NCBI GenBank assembly: GCA_963764625.1
Contig: CAVXTH010000009.1
Location: 960,001-1,024,000, forward strand
Reading direction: 5' to 3'
From: Candidatus Krumholzibacteriota bacterium
Lineage (GTDB): Bacteria > Krumholzibacteriota > Krumholzibacteriia > JAJRXK01
Length of the DNA stretch: 64,000 nucleotides
Under the pieces are notes generated by a model. That model saw only the letters and a program-made list of their open reading frames with translations, ran no database searches and was not told the DNA's origin. Positions within the stretch are counted from its first letter, which is position 1; the number at the start of each line of letters is the position of its first letter. Position numbers and translations under genes: made by a program. This document shows, in pieces, positions 50,458 to 62,073 of the stretch.

Positions 50458-52557
50458 TTGTTAAACCGAAGCATTAGCGTCTCGATGGATCTCAACGGAG
50501 CCCCCTTCAGCATCGAAACCGGCAGATTCGCCAAACAGGCGGACGGATCCGTCATCGTACGCCACGGCGATACGATGGCCCTGGTCACCGCGGTCGCCTC
50601 GAAAAAAGTGAGCGACCGGGACTTCTTACCTCTCTTCGTGGAGTTCCGCGAGAGAACCTATGCCGCGGGCAAGATCCCCGGTGGCTTCTTCAAGCGCGAA
50701 TCGCGCCCGGCGGATCGGGAGATTCTCTCCTGCCGTCTCATCGACCGGCCCCTGCGGCCGCTCTTCCCCAAGGATTTCCACAGTGAGATCCAGATTGCCA
50801 GCCATACCGTGAGCGCGGATGGCATGCACAGCGCCGACACCATCTCCATCTCCGGCGCTTCCGCCGCCCTTGGACTGTCGGACATTCCCTTCCCCGAGAT
50901 CATCAGCGGAGTTCGGGTAGGCCGCGTCGAGGGGCAGCTCATCTGCAATCCCACCTTCGAGCAATTGGACGAGAGCGAGATCGATCTCGTGGTCGCCGGT
51001 AGCGACGACATGATCGTGATGATCGAGGGCAGTTGCGACGAGATCTCCGAAGATGAACTTCTGGACGCGATCGATTTCGCGCACGAATGGATTCGCAAGA
51101 TCAACGCCCTGCAGAGGGAACTCATCGAGAAGGTCGGCGTGCCGGTCAAGCGCGAGCTCGTCGCCCTCCCGGTCGATGAGGCCCTGGCGGCGAAAGTCCA
51201 GGAGCTCGGTGGCGAGAAGATGGCGAAGTCCATCCGCATCAAGGGCAAAATGGAGCGCCAGGACGCGGTCGACGGGGTAAAGCACGAAGTGGTGAGCGCG
51301 CTCGTTCCCGAGGGTGATCCCGAGGGAATCGCCGGCACAGTCGGCAAGTTCCTGGGCAAGCTCGAGAAGACCGCGATGCGCGAGATGGTCCTCAGCGAGA
51401 AAGTGCGCGCCGATGGTCGCGGACTCACCGAAGTTCGTCCCATCGAGATCGAGGCGGGGGTGTTGCCGCGTGCACACGGCTCGGCGCTGTTTACGCGCGG
51501 GGAGACCCAGAGCCTCTGCGCCTGTACCCTCGGCACCCAGAAGGACGAACAGAAGATCGATGCTCTGGAAGGCGAGAGCTACAAGAGCTTCATGCTGCAC
51601 TACAACTTTCCTCCGTTCAGCGTGGGCGAGGTGGGCTTTTTCCGCGGCGCCGGCCGGCGCGAGATCGGACATGGAATGCTGGCCGAACGCGCCCTGGAAC
51701 CCATGGTGCCGGCCAGCGAGGACTTCCCCTACACGATTCGTCTGGTGAGCGACATCCTCGAGTCCAATGGTTCGTCCTCGATGGCTTCGGTCTGCGCGGG
51801 GAGCTTGGCCATGATGGACGCCGGAGTTCCCATGCACTCACCGGTGGCGGGCGTGGCGATGGGGCTCATCAAAGAGGGCGACCGGGTGGCGATCCTCACC
51901 GACATTCTCGGCCTGGAGGATCATCTGGGAGACATGGACTTCAAGGTAACCGGGACCAAGCGGGGAATTACCGCTTTCCAGTTGGATACCAAGATCGGTG
52001 GGTTGTCCCGGGAGATCATGAACGAGGCGGTGCGGAATGCCCGTGATGCCCGGATGCACATCCTGGAGAAGATGTCCGAAGTCCTGCCGGAGGCGCGCAA
52101 GCAGTTGAGCCAGTACGCGCCCAAGATGTCCACGATCCAGATTCCAGTGAGCAAGATCGGGGCGCTGATCGGGCCGGGCGGCAAGATCATCAAGAAGCTG
52201 CAGGAAGACACCGGAGCCAATATCGAGGTGAACGACGAGGGTATGGTCTTCGTCTCCGCGATGGATCAGGAGTCGGGACAGGCCGCCATCGATCTCATCG
52301 CCGGGATGATGGCCGAACCCGAGGTCGGCAAGCGCTACAAAGGCCTGGTGAAGAGGATCACCGACTTCGGTGCCTTCGTGGAGATCCTGCCCAACAAGGA
52401 GGGACTGCTCCACATCAGCGAGCTCGACAATCAGAGGGTGCGAGCGGTGACCGACGTGATCCACGAGGGGGAGGAAGTCGAGGTCGAGGTCCTCGAAGTG
52501 GACCAACGCGCGGGCCGGATTCGCCTCAGCCGCAAGGCAGTCTTGAACAGTCAGTAG
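50458..52557 (+). CDS. pnp: Polyribonucleotide nucleotidyltransferase
   Basis: GKIPGGFFKRE, RREIGHG, SNGSSSMAS, DMDFKV, KH and S1 domains. Confidence 0.98.
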   Translation: MLNRSISVSMDLNGAPFSIETGRFAKQADGSVIVRHGDTMALVTAVASKKVSDRDFLPLFVEFRERTYAAGKIPGGFFKRESRPADREILSCRLIDRPLRPLFPKDFHSEIQIASHTVSADGMHSADTISISGASAALGLSDIPFPEIISGVRVGRVEGQLICNPTFEQLDESEIDLVVAGSDDMIVMIEGSCDEISEDELLDAIDFAHEWIRKINALQRELIEKVGVPVKRELVALPVDEALAAKVQELGGEKMAKSIRIKGKMERQDAVDGVKHEVVSALVPEGDPEGIAGTVGKFLGKLEKTAMREMVLSEKVRADGRGLTEVRPIEIEAGVLPRAHGSALFTRGETQSLCACTLGTQKDEQKIDALEGESYKSFMLHYNFPPFSVGEVGFFRGAGRREIGHGMLAERALEPMVPASEDFPYTIRLVSDILESNGSSSMASVCAGSLAMMDAGVPMHSPVAGVAMGLIKEGDRVAILTDILGLEDHLGDMDFKVTGTKRGITAFQLDTKIGGLSREIMNEAVRNARDARMHILEKMSEVLPEARKQLSQYAPKMSTIQIPVSKIGALIGPGGKIIKKLQEDTGANIEVNDEGMVFVSAMDQESGQAAIDLIAGMMAEPEVGKRYKGLVKRITDFGAFVEILPNKEGLLHISELDNQRVRAVTDVIHEGEEVEVEVLEVDQRAGRIRLSRKAVLNSQ

Positions 52558-52648
52558 AGTCCTCAAGAGTCCACTGCTTGCCGTGGGGGCGGGTCATATC
52601 GGTCCGCCCCCCATGCGTCCTGGAGGTGTCTGTTTGAATTTGCCCCCG

Positions 52649-53923
52649 ATGGAGAAGGAGACGCCTCCCTCTCGCCGCCTGCTCGACAACGGAACCGTCC
52701 TGCTCTCCCAGAGCACACCGGCGGCGCACGGGGTGTCATTCGGACTGTGGGTTCGCTCGGGAACGCGTCATGAGACGCTCGAGCAGGGTGGAATCAGCCA
52801 TCTGCTCGAACACATGGTGTTCAAGGGGACGGACCGGCGTACCGCATTCGAACTCGCACGGGACATGGAGGAGCTCGGCGGCAGCCTGGACGCCTTCACT
52901 ACCAAGGAGATGACGGCCTACACCCTGCGGGTCTTACCCCAGCAACTTCCCGAAGCGCTCTCCATTCTATCCGAGATGTTGGAACGCTCGGTTCATCCGC
53001 CCGACCAGCTCGCGCTGGAAAAGGATGTCGTCATCGACGAGATCCTCTCCAGCGATGACACGCCGGACGACTTCGTGCACGAGCGATTCATGGAGCACCT
53101 CTTCCCCGGGCACCCGCTGAGCCGTCCCATCCTGGGCACCCAGGAGACGGTCAAGGCGGTCACCCGCGAGGGTCTGCTCGAGCACATGAGGGGAGTGCAC
53201 CGGGGCAGCAACGTGGTGCTCACCGCCGCCGGGACCATCACCCAGCAACAGGTGGAAGAGATCGGCCAGGCCTTCCATTTCCCCACCGGGTCGCGCGAAT
53301 CCGGGCCCGTTCTCGATCCCCCGAAGCCCGCTCCCGGCGTCTTCAGCTATCCCCGGGAGCTTTCGCAACTCTACCTGGAAATCGGGATTCCCACGGTGGG
53401 GGTGGACCACCCCGATCGTCTCGCGCTGGTCCTGCTCGCGAACCTCCTGGGTGGGGGGATGAGCAGCCGTCTCTTCCAGAGAATTCGCGAAGACGAGGGG
53501 CTCGCCTACAGCATCTACTCCTGGGCCGAGTTCAACGCGGATACCGGCTCCCTCGGGACCACGCTGGCCGCGACCCCCGAAAAGTGCGAGCGGGCGCTCT
53601 CGGTCATCGCGGCCGAGTACGAGAAGTTGCGTCGCGGTGAGCTTGCAGAAGACGAGATCGTGCTGAATCGCAATCAGGTGCTCGCATCGATGATTTTGGG
53701 GCTGGAGGGATCGATGCACCAGATCTCTCGCATGGCGCGCAACGAAATCTACCACGGTCGTTTCGTGAGCGTGGAAGAACTCATCACACGACTCTACGCG
53801 ATCACGCGCGACGATCTCGTGCGCCTGGCGCAACAATACCTGGATCCCGCCTTGCAGACCGTGGTGGGACACGGAGCCGCGCGCGAGCTCTCCTTCGGAG
53901 GCGGCGGATGCGCGAGCAACTGA
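52649..53923 (+). CDS. M16B zinc peptidase (pitrilysin family)
   Basis: HLLEHMVFKGT (HxxEH), GGGMSSRLFQRIRE; usual position after pnp. Confidence 0.93.
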   Translation: MEKETPPSRRLLDNGTVLLSQSTPAAHGVSFGLWVRSGTRHETLEQGGISHLLEHMVFKGTDRRTAFELARDMEELGGSLDAFTTKEMTAYTLRVLPQQLPEALSILSEMLERSVHPPDQLALEKDVVIDEILSSDDTPDDFVHERFMEHLFPGHPLSRPILGTQETVKAVTREGLLEHMRGVHRGSNVVLTAAGTITQQQVEEIGQAFHFPTGSRESGPVLDPPKPAPGVFSYPRELSQLYLEIGIPTVGVDHPDRLALVLLANLLGGGMSSRLFQRIREDEGLAYSIYSWAEFNADTGSLGTTLAATPEKCERALSVIAAEYEKLRRGELAEDEIVLNRNQVLASMILGLEGSMHQISRMARNEIYHGRFVSVEELITRLYAITRDDLVRLAQQYLDPALQTVVGHGAARELSFGGGGCASN

Positions 53924-54016
53924 GGAGAATCGTCGCGCGATGCAGCTCGCGAACCTAGAGCTAAGAAGACCCGATCCTCTTGTGAGGATTTAGCTCGAAC
54001 TCATTTCGCCGAACGC

Positions 54017-54045
54017 TTGCCTGAATTGGTACTTGTCGTTACTGT
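54017..54045 (+). promoter_or_regulatory. sigma70 promoter of the act-cox operon
   Basis: TTGCCT, 17 bp, TACTGT. Confidence 0.5.
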
Positions 54046-54149
54046 AGCACCGTTCTTTTTCCGGTCTCGCCGTGAACCGGACCCAAGGAGCCAGCCGCCG
54101 GTCTTCCCCCTTGTCCGGTACCTGGGTCCGTACGGCTGCTGGACGCTCC

Positions 54150-54800
54150 ATGGCCCAGATTTTTCACCGTTCCTCCAACCCCATCGCCCGCGCCATGCTC
54201 TTCGCCGGCGTGGTGGTGATGATTCTTCTCATCTGGTTCTTCGCGATCTTCGTGCGGTCCTCTTATTCGACTCGCCAGCACGTGGTACTCAAGCAACCGA
54301 TCCCCTTCAGCCATAGCCACCACGTCGCCGACGTGGGCATCGACTGTCGCTACTGCCACACTTCGGTCGAGACTTCATCGTTCGCGGGAATTCCTCCCAC
54401 CGCGACCTGCATGAATTGCCACAAGGAGATTTTCAAGGATAGTGACATGCTTGAGCCGGTGCGCGAGAGCTATCGCACCGGGAAGCGCTTGCAGTGGGTG
54501 CGCGTGCACGATCTGCCGGACTACGTCTACTTCAATCACAGCATTCACGTGGCGAAGGGCGTGGGCTGTGAAACCTGCCACGGTCGCGTGGATCAAATGC
54601 CCCTCATGTACAAGGCGAATTCCCTGCTCATGGGATGGTGTATCGATTGTCATCGTGCGCCGGAGCGCTACTTGAGACCGCGCAGCGAAATCACGACCAT
54701 GGGGTACAAGCCGGCCCGACCTCAGAGCGAGCTCGGCCCCGAGCTCGCGGCTGAGTACGACGTGCGCAGCCTCACCTATTGCTCCACTTGCCATCGCTGA
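54150..54800 (+). CDS. actA: Alternative complex III pentaheme cytochrome c
   Basis: N-terminal TM, QPIPFSHSHH, five CxxCH (CRYCH, CMNCH, CETCH, CIDCH, CSTCH). Confidence 0.93.
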   Translation: MAQIFHRSSNPIARAMLFAGVVVMILLIWFFAIFVRSSYSTRQHVVLKQPIPFSHSHHVADVGIDCRYCHTSVETSSFAGIPPTATCMNCHKEIFKDSDMLEPVRESYRTGKRLQWVRVHDLPDYVYFNHSIHVAKGVGCETCHGRVDQMPLMYKANSLLMGWCIDCHRAPERYLRPRSEITTMGYKPARPQSELGPELAAEYDVRSLTYCSTCHR

Positions 54801-54815
54801 GGAAACGAGGACGGG

Positions 54816-57800
54816 ATGGATCGTCTCCCCACTTCTGAGACAACGGCAAACCAGATGGAGAAGTCCGTCCAGACCGATACGCTCGACATGGAGGCTCTGC
54901 GCGCTAAGCTGGCGGAGGCGAGAGGGCCCCGGTACTGGCGATCGTTCGAGGAGCTGGCGGAGACCCCTGCATTCAAGGAACATCTGGCCCGGGAGTTTCC
55001 CAACCTCCTCTCCGTCGGCGACATCTCTACCTCGCGCCGGCGCTTTTTGCAGCTCATGGGCGCGTCGCTGGCCCTGGCCGGGCTCAACGCCTGTGGTCGT
55101 CAGCCCCTGGAAAAGATCGTTCCCTACGTGAAGCAGCCCGAGGAGATCATCCCGGGCCGTCCTCTGTACTTCGCGACTTCCATGCCGCAGCCGGGTAGCG
55201 GGCTCTCGATCGGCCTTCTGGTCGAGAGCCACTTGGGGCGCCCCACGAAGATCGAGGGCAATCCCGAGCACCCGGCGAGCCTCGGCAGCACCGATCTCTT
55301 CGCGCAGGCTTCGGTCCTGGAACTCTACGACCCCGATCGTTCCCAGATTCCGGTGCACATGGGAATTCCCCGCAGCTGGGACGCGTTTTGCGCGGAGTTG
55401 GAACAGCCGCTGAACGCGCTTCGCGCCCTCAAGGGGGTCGGGTTGGCCGTGGTGACGCCCACCATCGTTTCCCCGACTCTGGTGCGCCAGATACGCCGGC
55501 TGAAGAAGGCTTTGCCCAAGGCTCGCTTCGTCCAGTGGGAGCCCATCGGTGCGGAGCAAGCCCGCGAGGGAACCCGGCGGGCCTTCGGCGAGGACCTCGC
55601 GGTCAGTCACGATTTCAAGGCGGCGGAAGTCGTGTTGGCGTTCCAGAGTGATTTTCTCACCCAGGGTCCTTCCTGCGTGCGCGACGCCCGCGATTTCATG
55701 TCGCGACGGCGTGCCCGTGAGGGCCAAGCGCAGATGAATCGGCTCTACCTGGCCGAGAGCAGCCCCACCTCGACCGGCACCGTGGCCGACCATCGCTTCG
55801 TTTTGTCTCCCTCTGAGCTGGAGTCCTTCGCTCTGGCGATCGCGGCGCATTTGGGAGTTAAGGGGGCGCAGCCGGTCGCGGCCCCCGAAAACGGTGCGTG
55901 GACCCAGCAGCAGGTTCGCGTAGTGGCTCGAGGATCTGGCTCGAAACCGTGGAAAGAGCGTCGTGCTGGCCGGAGAGTACGCTACCTCCCGCGCTGCACG
56001 TGCTCGTGCACGCGATGAATCAAGAGCTGGACAACCTGGGGAAGACCGTGCTTTTGGGCGATTCGCTCCTCGCCTGGCCCCCGGATCCTCACGCCGAGCT
56101 GAAGGGTCTGACCCAGGCCATGCAGGCGGGTGAGGTCGATCTGTGCTTTCTGCTGGGCGTGAATCCAGTCTTCGATTCGCCCGGCGATCTCGAGTTCACG
56201 CAGGCACTCTCGAAAGTGGAGACCAGGGTACATCTCGGCCTTCACGAGGACGAAACCGCGCTGCACTGTCACTGGCAGATCCCAATGAACCACTGGTTGG
56301 AAACCTGGAGCGATGGAGTGGCCTACGACGGTACGGCCTCGATCGGCCAGCCCCTCATCGATTCGCTTTACGACGGACACAGCATCGCCCAGCTTCTGGA
56401 GCTCTTGATCAGCGGAGACAATTCCGCCGCCGACATGTACTTGGTGCAGACGACCTGGCGCGAGTCGCACGGCGCACCGGACTTCGACGGCTGGTGGCGC
56501 AAGGCGCTGCACGACGGAGTGGTGGAGACGGCGCCTCGGAAGTACCAATCGCGACAGCTTTTGCCCCGCGTGGTGGAGAAAGCCCAGGGAGAGCTCGGCC
56601 ACTTCGAGGAACTCGCGCTGCTTCTGCGTCCGGATCCCACGATCTTCGACGGCCGCTTTCGCCAACAGCGGGTGGTTGCAGGAATGCCCGAAGCCGATTA
56701 CCCGGCTGACCTGGGACAACGCCGCGCTCATGGCACCCAAGCAGGCGGCCGCGCATCGTCTCCAGAACGGCGACTACGTCGCCATCGAGTACGAGGGCCG
56801 CTCCATCGAGATCCCGATCTGGATCGTTCCGGGTCACGCGGAAAAGGCAATCACGGTGCATCTGGGCTATGGCCGCGCGCGAGGAGGTCATGTGGCGACG
56901 GGGGCAGGGACCGACGTCTATCCGCTACGCAGCTTCTCCGCGCCGTACCAGTTGCACGGAGTGCGTCTGCAAAAGCTTGGCCGCCGCTGAGAAGCTCGCC
57001 TGCACCCAGGATCATCAGACCATGGAAGGTCGGGAGCTCCTCCGCGTCGGGACCCTGGCCGACTACAAGAACGACCCGGAGCACCCGGCCCACGCGCACG
57101 AGTCGGAGGTGGACAGCAGCAAGTCTCTCTACCCCGGATGGGACTACTCCAAAGGTTACGCATGGGGGATGACGATCGATCTCACCGCCTGCACCGGCTG
57201 CAATGCCTGCGTCATGGCCTGCGTGTCCGAGAACAACATCGCGGTGGTGGGGAAGGAACAAGTGCTCAACGCGCGGGAGATGCACTGGATCCGTATCGAC
57301 CGCTACTTCGAGGGAGACTTCGACACCGCGAACGTGGTGAATCAGCCCGTGGTCTGCATGCAGTGCGAGCAGGCTCCCTGTGAGCCGGTCTGTCCGGTCG
57401 GCGCAACCTCGCACAGCGCCGAGGGTCTGAACGACATGGTCTACAACCGCTGTGTTGGGACGCGGTACTGCTCGAACAACTGTCCTTACAAGGTGCGCCG
57501 CTTCAACTTCCTGGCGTTCGGGGACCATGAGAGTGAGACACTCAAGATGCAGCGGAATCCGGACGTGACAGTACGCATGCGCGGGGTGATGGAGAAATGC
57601 ACCTACTGTGTCCAGCGCATCAATAACGCCAAGATCGACGCGCAGAAAGAGGAGCGGAGCGTTCGCGACGGGGAGATCACCACCGCCTGCCAGCAGGCGT
57701 GCCCGACGCAAGCCATCGCCTTCGGAGACATCAACGACAAGGAGTCCCAGGTGAGCCGCTGGAAGAGCGATCCCCTGGATTACGGTATGCTCACCGAACT

Positions 57801-57879
57801 GGGAACGCGGCCGAGAACCAGCTACCTCGCCAAACTACGCAATCCGAACCCAGAGCTCACGGACGGTCAAGATGGCTGA
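54816..57879 (+). CDS. actB: Alternative complex III ActB (molybdopterin-oxidoreductase-like + Fe-S); four apparent frameshifts (~55929, ~55978, ~56659, ~56988)
   Basis: YWRSFEEL, Tat motif [29 protein letters not shown]; joined frames give [24 protein letters not shown]; C-terminal [37 protein letters not shown]. Confidence 0.9.
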
Positions 57880-59241
57880 TTCCACCCTCAAGGGCGCGGC
57901 GGCGACCAATTCGATCGTAGCTCGGGCCACACCCCCGGTTCGGTGACCGACAAGATCAGTTCGGTCGTGCTGACGGGAATTCCCAAGTGGTGGTACGCGG
58001 TGACGGCGCTGACCTTCAGCCTCGTTATGATGCTGTTCTACGCTCTGGCTGTCCTTTTGGTGAAGGGTGTGGGAATCTGGGGCATCAACATTCCCGTCGG
58101 TTGGGGATTTGCCATCGTCAATTTCGTCTGGTGGATTGGAATCGGTCACGCCGGCACGCTCATCTCGGCCATCCTTCTCCTGTTGCGGCAGGACTGGCGA
58201 AATTCCATCAACCGTTTCGCCGAAGCGATGACCATTTTCGCGGTGGCGTGCGCGGGGATGTTTCCCCTCATCCACATGGGCCGTCCCTGGCGCTTCTTTT
58301 GGATGCTGCCCTATCCCAACACTTTCTATCTCTGGCCGCAATTCCGCTCCCCTCTGATCTGGGACGTCTTCGCGGTCTCGACCTATGCTCTGATCTCCAT
58401 TCTGTTCTGGTATGTGGGGTTGATTCCTGACATGGCGACTCTGCGCGACCGCACGCCGAACAAGATCGCCCGCGTCATCTACGGAATCTTGGCTGGAGGC
58501 TGGCGTGGATCGGCACGTCATTGGCACAACTATGAACTGGCCTGCTTGCTCCTGGCGGCTCTGGCAACCCCTCTTGTGGTTTCCGTGCATTCGGTTGTGT
58601 CCTTCGACTTCGCGGCCGGCATCGTCCCCGGCTGGCACGCGACCATCTTTCCGCCCTTCTTCGTGGCGGGAGCGGTCTTCGCCGGCTTCGCCATGGTCTT
58701 GACCCTGGGGATTCCGCTGCGGCAGCTCTTCGGTCTCCAGGATTTCATCCGGACGCGCCACCTGGACAACATGGGGAAGGTCATGTTGGCCACCGGATTG
58801 ATCGTGGTGTACGGCTACGCGGTCGAGCTCTTCTTCGGCTGGTACGGGGGCAACCCCTTCGAGATATACATGTTCCACAACCGAATCACGGGTCCCTACC
58901 ACTACGTGTGGTTCGCGCTGATCCTGTGCAACGCCGTCGCCATTCAAGCTCTGTGGTTCACGAAAGTGCGCACTTCGGTCGTCGGACTCATGATCGTGGC
59001 GATGTTCGTGAACGTGGGTATGTGGTTGGAGCGATTCATCATCGTGATCACCAGTCTGCACCGCGACTTCATGCCCTCCTCGTGGGACATGTATTACCCC
59101 ACTCGGTGGGACTGGGCCATCTTCATCGGTTCGCTGGGTCTCTTCCTGACCTTGATGCTTGTCTTCATCCGGGTGCTGCCCTCGATCTCCATTTTTGAGA
59201 TTCGCATGCTTCTGCCCGGCGCGAAGGGAGGGGAGGAATAG
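57872..59241 (+). CDS. actC: Alternative complex III quinol-binding subunit, NrfD/PsrC family (frameshift near 57922)
   Basis: [50 protein letters not shown]. Confidence 0.93.
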
Positions 59242-59793
59242 ATGGAGATGGATCCGCGCAACGCGCGCCTGGCCGGCGTAATGGCCGAATTCGACGGACC
59301 TCACAAGGTTCTGGAGGCCGCCAAGGCGGTCAAGGAGAAGGGCTATCGGTGCTTCGACGCGTTCACGCCCTACCCAATCGAGGAATTGAACCACGTCGTC
59401 GCCGGCCATGGGAGCCGTCTTCCCGCGATGGTGTTTCTGGGGGGGCTCTTCGGCTTCATCGGAGGGTTCTCCCTGCAGTACTGGGTGAACGTCTATGCCT
59501 TCCCCATGAACATCGGGGGGCGTCCCCTGAATTCGTGGCCCGCGTTCATCGTCCCCACTTTCGAGATGACGATTCTGTTCGCGGGGATCACAGCGGTGCT
59601 CGGCATGTTCGCCCTGAATGGTCTGCCCCATCCGCACCATCCCGTGTTCAACGTCGAGCGCTTCGCGCTGGCGACCAGCAACAAGTTCTTTCTCTGGATC
59701 GAGGCCAAGGACCCGCAGTTCGAGTTGGCGACGGCGCGGAGTTTTCTCGAAGGTCTCTCCTCGGTCGCGGTATCGGACGTATACGATGACTGA
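59242..59793 (+). CDS. actD: Alternative complex III subunit D (DUF3341)
   Basis: DAFTPYPI, PMNIGGRPLNSWPAFIVPTFE. Confidence 0.9.
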   Translation: MEMDPRNARLAGVMAEFDGPHKVLEAAKAVKEKGYRCFDAFTPYPIEELNHVVAGHGSRLPAMVFLGGLFGFIGGFSLQYWVNVYAFPMNIGGRPLNSWPAFIVPTFEMTILFAGITAVLGMFALNGLPHPHHPVFNVERFALATSNKFFLWIEAKDPQFELATARSFLEGLSSVAVSDVYDD

Positions 59794-60457
59794 ATTGCTT
59801 CGCACGCGTGGCATGAGGCTCGCTCGCGGGCGCGAGTGGGGGATCGGCTTGCTTCTTCTGGCATTGCTCGCGACCGGCGGGTGCACGCAAGACATGAAGA
59901 ACCAGGCCAAGGAACGTCCGCTACGGGAAAGCCGATTCTACCTCGACGGCGCGTCTTCGAGACCCCTGCCCGCCGGCACCGTTCCGCGCGGCTTCCTGCG
60001 CGCCGACGATTCCTACTATAAAGGAATCGGCCCCGACGGTACTTTCGTGAAGACCATCCCCGCGAAAGTGGACGCGGCGCTGCTGCAGCGCGGCCGCCAG
60101 CGCTTCGAGATCTACTGTACTCCCTGCCACGGTCGACTGGGCAACGGTAGGGGAATGGTGGTGCGTCGAGGCTTCAAGCAGCCTCCTTCCTACCACATCG
60201 ATCGTCTGCGGGGCATGCCCCCGGGATACTTCTTCGACGTGATCACCAATGGCTTTGGCCAGATGTCCAGTTATGCGTCTCAGGTTCCACCGAGCGACCG
60301 CTGGGCCATCGTGGCCTACATCAAGGCCCTGCAGCTGAGCCGCCACGCGGAACTGGCGAAGATGAGCCCCACCGAACGGGAGAAGATTCAACGAGCCATC
60401 GCGGCGGAGGGCGAGAAAACCATTCATGAGTCGAGCGAGCAAGATGAAGGACACTGA
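59786..60457 (+). CDS. actE: Alternative complex III monoheme cytochrome c lipoprotein
   Basis: Signal ending GC-TQDM, single CTPCH, GFGQM, DRWAIVAYIKALQ. Confidence 0.9.
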   Translation: MTELLRTRGMRLARGREWGIGLLLLALLATGGCTQDMKNQAKERPLRESRFYLDGASSRPLPAGTVPRGFLRADDSYYKGIGPDGTFVKTIPAKVDAALLQRGRQRFEIYCTPCHGRLGNGRGMVVRRGFKQPPSYHIDRLRGMPPGYFFDVITNGFGQMSSYASQVPPSDRWAIVAYIKALQLSRHAELAKMSPTEREKIQRAIAAEGEKTIHESSEQDEGH

Positions 60458-61631
60458 GGGAGCACAAGCTGCATACTCTTCTCTTCCGGCGAGCATCTCT
60501 CGTCTGCGACGCATCGGCTTGACGGTCGGTGTGCTGGGAATTGCTCTGAGCGTGGTGGGGGCCGTGTTGTCTCCGGGGTTGTTCTTCAGCTCCTACCTGG
60601 TGGCCTTTATCTGGATCGCCGCGATTCCAGTGGGAAGCCTGGCGCTTCTCATGTTGTACCATCTGACCGGAGGTCGGTGGGGCTTCATGATCCGCCGCGT
60701 GCTGGAGGCTGCGACGCGGACGATCCCCCTCATCGCGCTGATGTTCTTGCCTCTGCTCTTCGGCCTTGGGCGGCTCTACCCCTGGGCGGACGCTTCCGTG
60801 GTGGCCAACGACGAGGTCATCGCCGCCAAGGCACACTTCCTGAACCCGACGGCCTTTGCCCTCAGATCGGTCCTCTACTTCGCGGTCTGGATCGTGTTCG
60901 CCTTCATTCTGGACCGGATGTCGGCCAGACAGGACCGGGGGGCCGTTCCGGAACGAGACAAGCGCATGGCTTCGCTCAGCGCGCCTGGGCTCATCGTCTG
61001 GTGCTTGGCGGGAACCTTCGCCAGCGTCGATTGGATCATGTCGCTCGATCCCCACTGGTATTCCAGTCTCTACGGCATCTACTTCTTCGAGTCGATGGCG
61101 CTGGGAGCACTCGCGTTCACCACCCTCATCGCGGTGATCCTCTCGCGCTCGGAACCCCTGGGCGAGCTCTTCACCAAGCGAGACTTCCACGACTACGGAA
61201 ACCTGCTCCTGGCTTTCATCATGCTTTGGGGTTACTTCGCGTTCAGTCAGTTTCTCATCATCTGGGCGGGCGATCTCCCCGAAGAGGTGCCCTGGTACCT
61301 CGTGCGCATCACCCCCCAGTGGAAGCTGTTCACCACTCTGCTCATAGTGGCGCAGTTCGTGGTTCCCTTCCTCCTGCTGCTGACCCATGCGGTCAAGAGC
61401 CGGCCGGGACGCCTCGTCTTCGTGGCGGCGCTTCTCATCGGAGTGCGCTACGCGGACTACTTCTGGCAGGTCATGCCGCCACTGCATCGTTCGACGCTCT
61501 CCTGGCTGGATCTGGCGAGCATCGGCGGACTCGGAGGGATCTGGCTGGCCGTGTTCTGCTGGCAGCTCGGCCGGCGCAGTTTGATCGCGGTCAACGACCC
61601 CAAGTATCAGGAGGTCGTGGGCAGTGTCTGA
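60444..61631 (+). CDS. actF: Alternative complex III membrane subunit F
   Basis: DWIMSLDPHWYSS, HDYG, FSQFLIIW..LPEE. Confidence 0.9.
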   Translation: MKDTEGAQAAYSSLPASISRLRRIGLTVGVLGIALSVVGAVLSPGLFFSSYLVAFIWIAAIPVGSLALLMLYHLTGGRWGFMIRRVLEAATRTIPLIALMFLPLLFGLGRLYPWADASVVANDEVIAAKAHFLNPTAFALRSVLYFAVWIVFAFILDRMSARQDRGAVPERDKRMASLSAPGLIVWCLAGTFASVDWIMSLDPHWYSSLYGIYFFESMALGALAFTTLIAVILSRSEPLGELFTKRDFHDYGNLLLAFIMLWGYFAFSQFLIIWAGDLPEEVPWYLVRITPQWKLFTTLLIVAQFVVPFLLLLTHAVKSRPGRLVFVAALLIGVRYADYFWQVMPPLHRSTLSWLDLASIGGLGGIWLAVFCWQLGRRSLIAVNDPKYQEVVGSV

Positions 61632-62073
61632 TCCGAAGTGGAGCTACGAGGGCGCGGGCAAGCCGATCGATCAGGAGCTGCGCACCAAAGCGCTCGTAAT
61701 ATTCCTCATCACGATCGCGCTCGTGTGCGTGATCGCGGGGGCCTTGATGTTGGGCTATTATGGGTTCCTGAAAAAGAATTTAGAGTCCAAGGACCCGCCT
61801 GCTTTGCCAGTGGCTACCACGGGCTTGCGTGAGTTGCCTCCGGAGCCGCGACTCCAAACCAATCCTCACGCCGACCTTCGCGCAATGCACGCGGAGGAAG
61901 ATTCCGTTCTGGAAAGTTATGGATGGGAAGAGGAATCCGCGAGAGTGGCACGCTTGCCGATCGAAGAAGCCATGAAGCTGGTCGCGCGTGACGGCGTACC
62001 CATCTGGCCCCAGCCAAGCCAAGACGCCGCGCCCGTCAATCCCGGAGGAAAATCTTCCGGAGGAGGAAAATGA
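61624..62073 (+). CDS. Single-TM ActG-like protein
   Basis: One TM, then PPEPRLQ...YGW...RLPIEEAM; between actF and sco. Confidence 0.65.
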   Translation: MSDPKWSYEGAGKPIDQELRTKALVIFLITIALVCVIAGALMLGYYGFLKKNLESKDPPALPVATTGLRELPPEPRLQTNPHADLRAMHAEEDSVLESYGWEEESARVARLPIEEAMKLVARDGVPIWPQPSQDAAPVNPGGKSSGGGK

